DNA of 64,000 bases from Candidatus Latescibacterota bacterium (GTDB lineage Bacteria > Latescibacterota > UBA2968 > GCA-2709665): assembly GCA_965205485.1 (NCBI GenBank), contig OZ242180.1:704001-768000 (forward strand). The letters are read 5' to 3'. The translations under genes and the position numbers were made by a program. Position 1 is the stretch's first letter. The number at the start of each line of letters is the position of its first letter. The notes under the pieces are model-generated. The model ran no database searches, was not told where the DNA came from, and was given only the letters and a program-made list of their open reading frames with translations. This document shows, piece after piece, positions 62,769-64,000 of this stretch.

Positions 62769-64000
62769 ATGGCGAATTCACGCATGGAAATCATCATCGT
62801 CGCACAAGAACGGGCAGTCGCAATGCAATTGGAAGCGGTTCTGGCAGAATTGGGTTACACGGTAGCCGCGGTCGCCTCGCGCGGGCGCGACGGCGTTAAA
62901 CTCGCGTCAGATGTACGACCCGACCTCGCCGTCGTCGACCTCGGCCTACAAGGAGACCTGAATGGCCCCGAAGTCGGCGACCAACTACGCGGCGGGTCCG
63001 ACGTACCGGTCGTTTACCTGACCGACGTGGCGGAGGGAGACCTATTCGATCGGGCGCGAGCAACGAATCCGTACGGCTTCGTGCTCAAGCCATTCGATGC
63101 CCGCCAACTCGAACTAAACATCCAAACCGCCCTGTGCCTGCACGAAAGGGAAAGAAGGCATCGAGAAACGCGAGTCCGTCTGGAAGAATCCATCGAAGAA
63201 TCGAAATGTCATTCTGAATTGATGGAGACCGTCTTTAACAGCATGGGCGAGGGTGTGGTTGCCGTTGGTGAAGACGGGACGATTCTGTTTCACAATTCAA
63301 GCGGTCCGCGCATCGGGGGCAGGCATCACCTGGTGAAGGACATCGCAAGATGGCCCGAAGAATATGGTGTTTTTGAGCCCGATGGCGAGACCGTCCTCAG
63401 CGAGGACCTGAACCCGCTGTTGCTTGCCCTCAGAGGTCAGTCGACGGAAGAAACCGAGTTTCTGATCCGCAACCCTCAGAAGCCCGCGGGTGTCCAGGTG
63501 AGCGTCAACGCCAGACCTTTGCGTGACAGGGCCGGGTCTCCGATGGGTGGCGTAGCAGTCATACGTGACGTCACGAAATTGAAGCAAGCGGAAGCTGAGT
63601 TGGAGCGGACGGTCGCCAAACTGCAGGAACAAGCCAATTTGATGGAGACCATCTTCAATAGTATCAGTGATGGAATCATCGTTGCAGATAACGCGGGAAA
63701 GTTCCTTTACGCAAACCCCGGGGCCCGTCAGATTGTCGGCGTGGATATATTGGACGGTTTTCCGGACAATTGTGCGGAGAAACTCGGTTTGTACTTTCCG
63801 GACCGGGAAACGCCCACGAAGACGGAGGACCTGCCGCTGATGCGAGCCATACGCTTCGGCGAGTCCACGGATGAGGAAGACGTGTTCTTGCGGAACGAGA
63901 AAAAGCCGGACGGCGTTTACATCAGGATGAGCGGACGGCCCTTGCTCGATAAATCTGGCGGAATCAAGGGCGGCGTCGTGATTTTTCGTGATGTTACAGA
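62769..64000 (+). CDS. REC-PAS-PAS signalling protein, 3' truncated by window end
   Basis: Open frame from ATG 62769: MANSRMEIIIVAQE..PDLAVVDLGL..GFVLKPF receiver, then two PAS repeats (LMETVFNSMGEGVV..RDVT; LMETIFNSISDGII..FRDVT); absent from ORF track because it has no stop. Confidence 0.88.
   Translation, partial: MANSRMEIIIVAQERAVAMQLEAVLAELGYTVAAVASRGRDGVKLASDVRPDLAVVDLGLQGDLNGPEVGDQLRGGSDVPVVYLTDVAEGDLFDRARATNPYGFVLKPFDARQLELNIQTALCLHERERRHRETRVRLEESIEESKCHSELMETVFNSMGEGVVAVGEDGTILFHNSSGPRIGGRHHLVKDIARWPEEYGVFEPDGETVLSEDLNPLLLALRGQSTEETEFLIRNPQKPAGVQVSVNARPLRDRAGSPMGGVAVIRDVTKLKQAEAELERTVAKLQEQANLMETIFNSISDGIIVADNAGKFLYANPGARQIVGVDILDGFPDNCAEKLGLYFPDRETPTKTEDLPLMRAIRFGESTDEEDVFLRNEKKPDGVYIRMSGRPLLDKSGGIKGGVVIFRDVT

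Overview
GC-rich bacterial chromosome segment with two halves. 1-21.6 kb is core housekeeping: rsmD, a fused single-chain glyQS, DUF4432-like epimerase, MurC/Mpl-like ligase + LD-carboxypeptidase + M48 peptidase, aroA, dnaE, a SPOR-mltD-mreD-mrdA-rodA cell-wall cluster and a lactonase. 22-64 kb is an accessory signalling/surface region: an attenuator-preceded ABC-2 exporter; two sigma-54 two-component systems, each next to a recognisable -24/-12 promoter with upstream enhancer palindromes (one before a phospholipid operon, one before a ~3260 aa Ig/Calx-beta/cadherin/Fn3 beta-barrel adhesin); higBA; a single-chain GAF-PAS-kinase-REC-OmpR regulator; EF-hand/dockerin-like secreted proteins, including a plant-type LRR + zinc-protease fusion; and a partial REC-PAS gene. 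The protein repertoire suggests a Latescibacterota/Gemmatimonadota-like, possibly host (sponge)-associated organism (inference only). The strongest unexplained signals are non-coding. (i) A 68-bp promoter architecture (four TCA half-sites spaced 11-21-11 bp, then a TAnnnT box 15 bp later) recurs five times, once in the divergent promoter of the single-chain OmpR-type regulator. (ii) A tandem pair of ~111-nt structured RNA units with compensatory base changes lies upstream of the REC-PAS gene. Three large accessory genes carry single frameshifts, one in a (GGCG)3 tract. No rRNA, tRNA, CRISPR array or transposase was seen.
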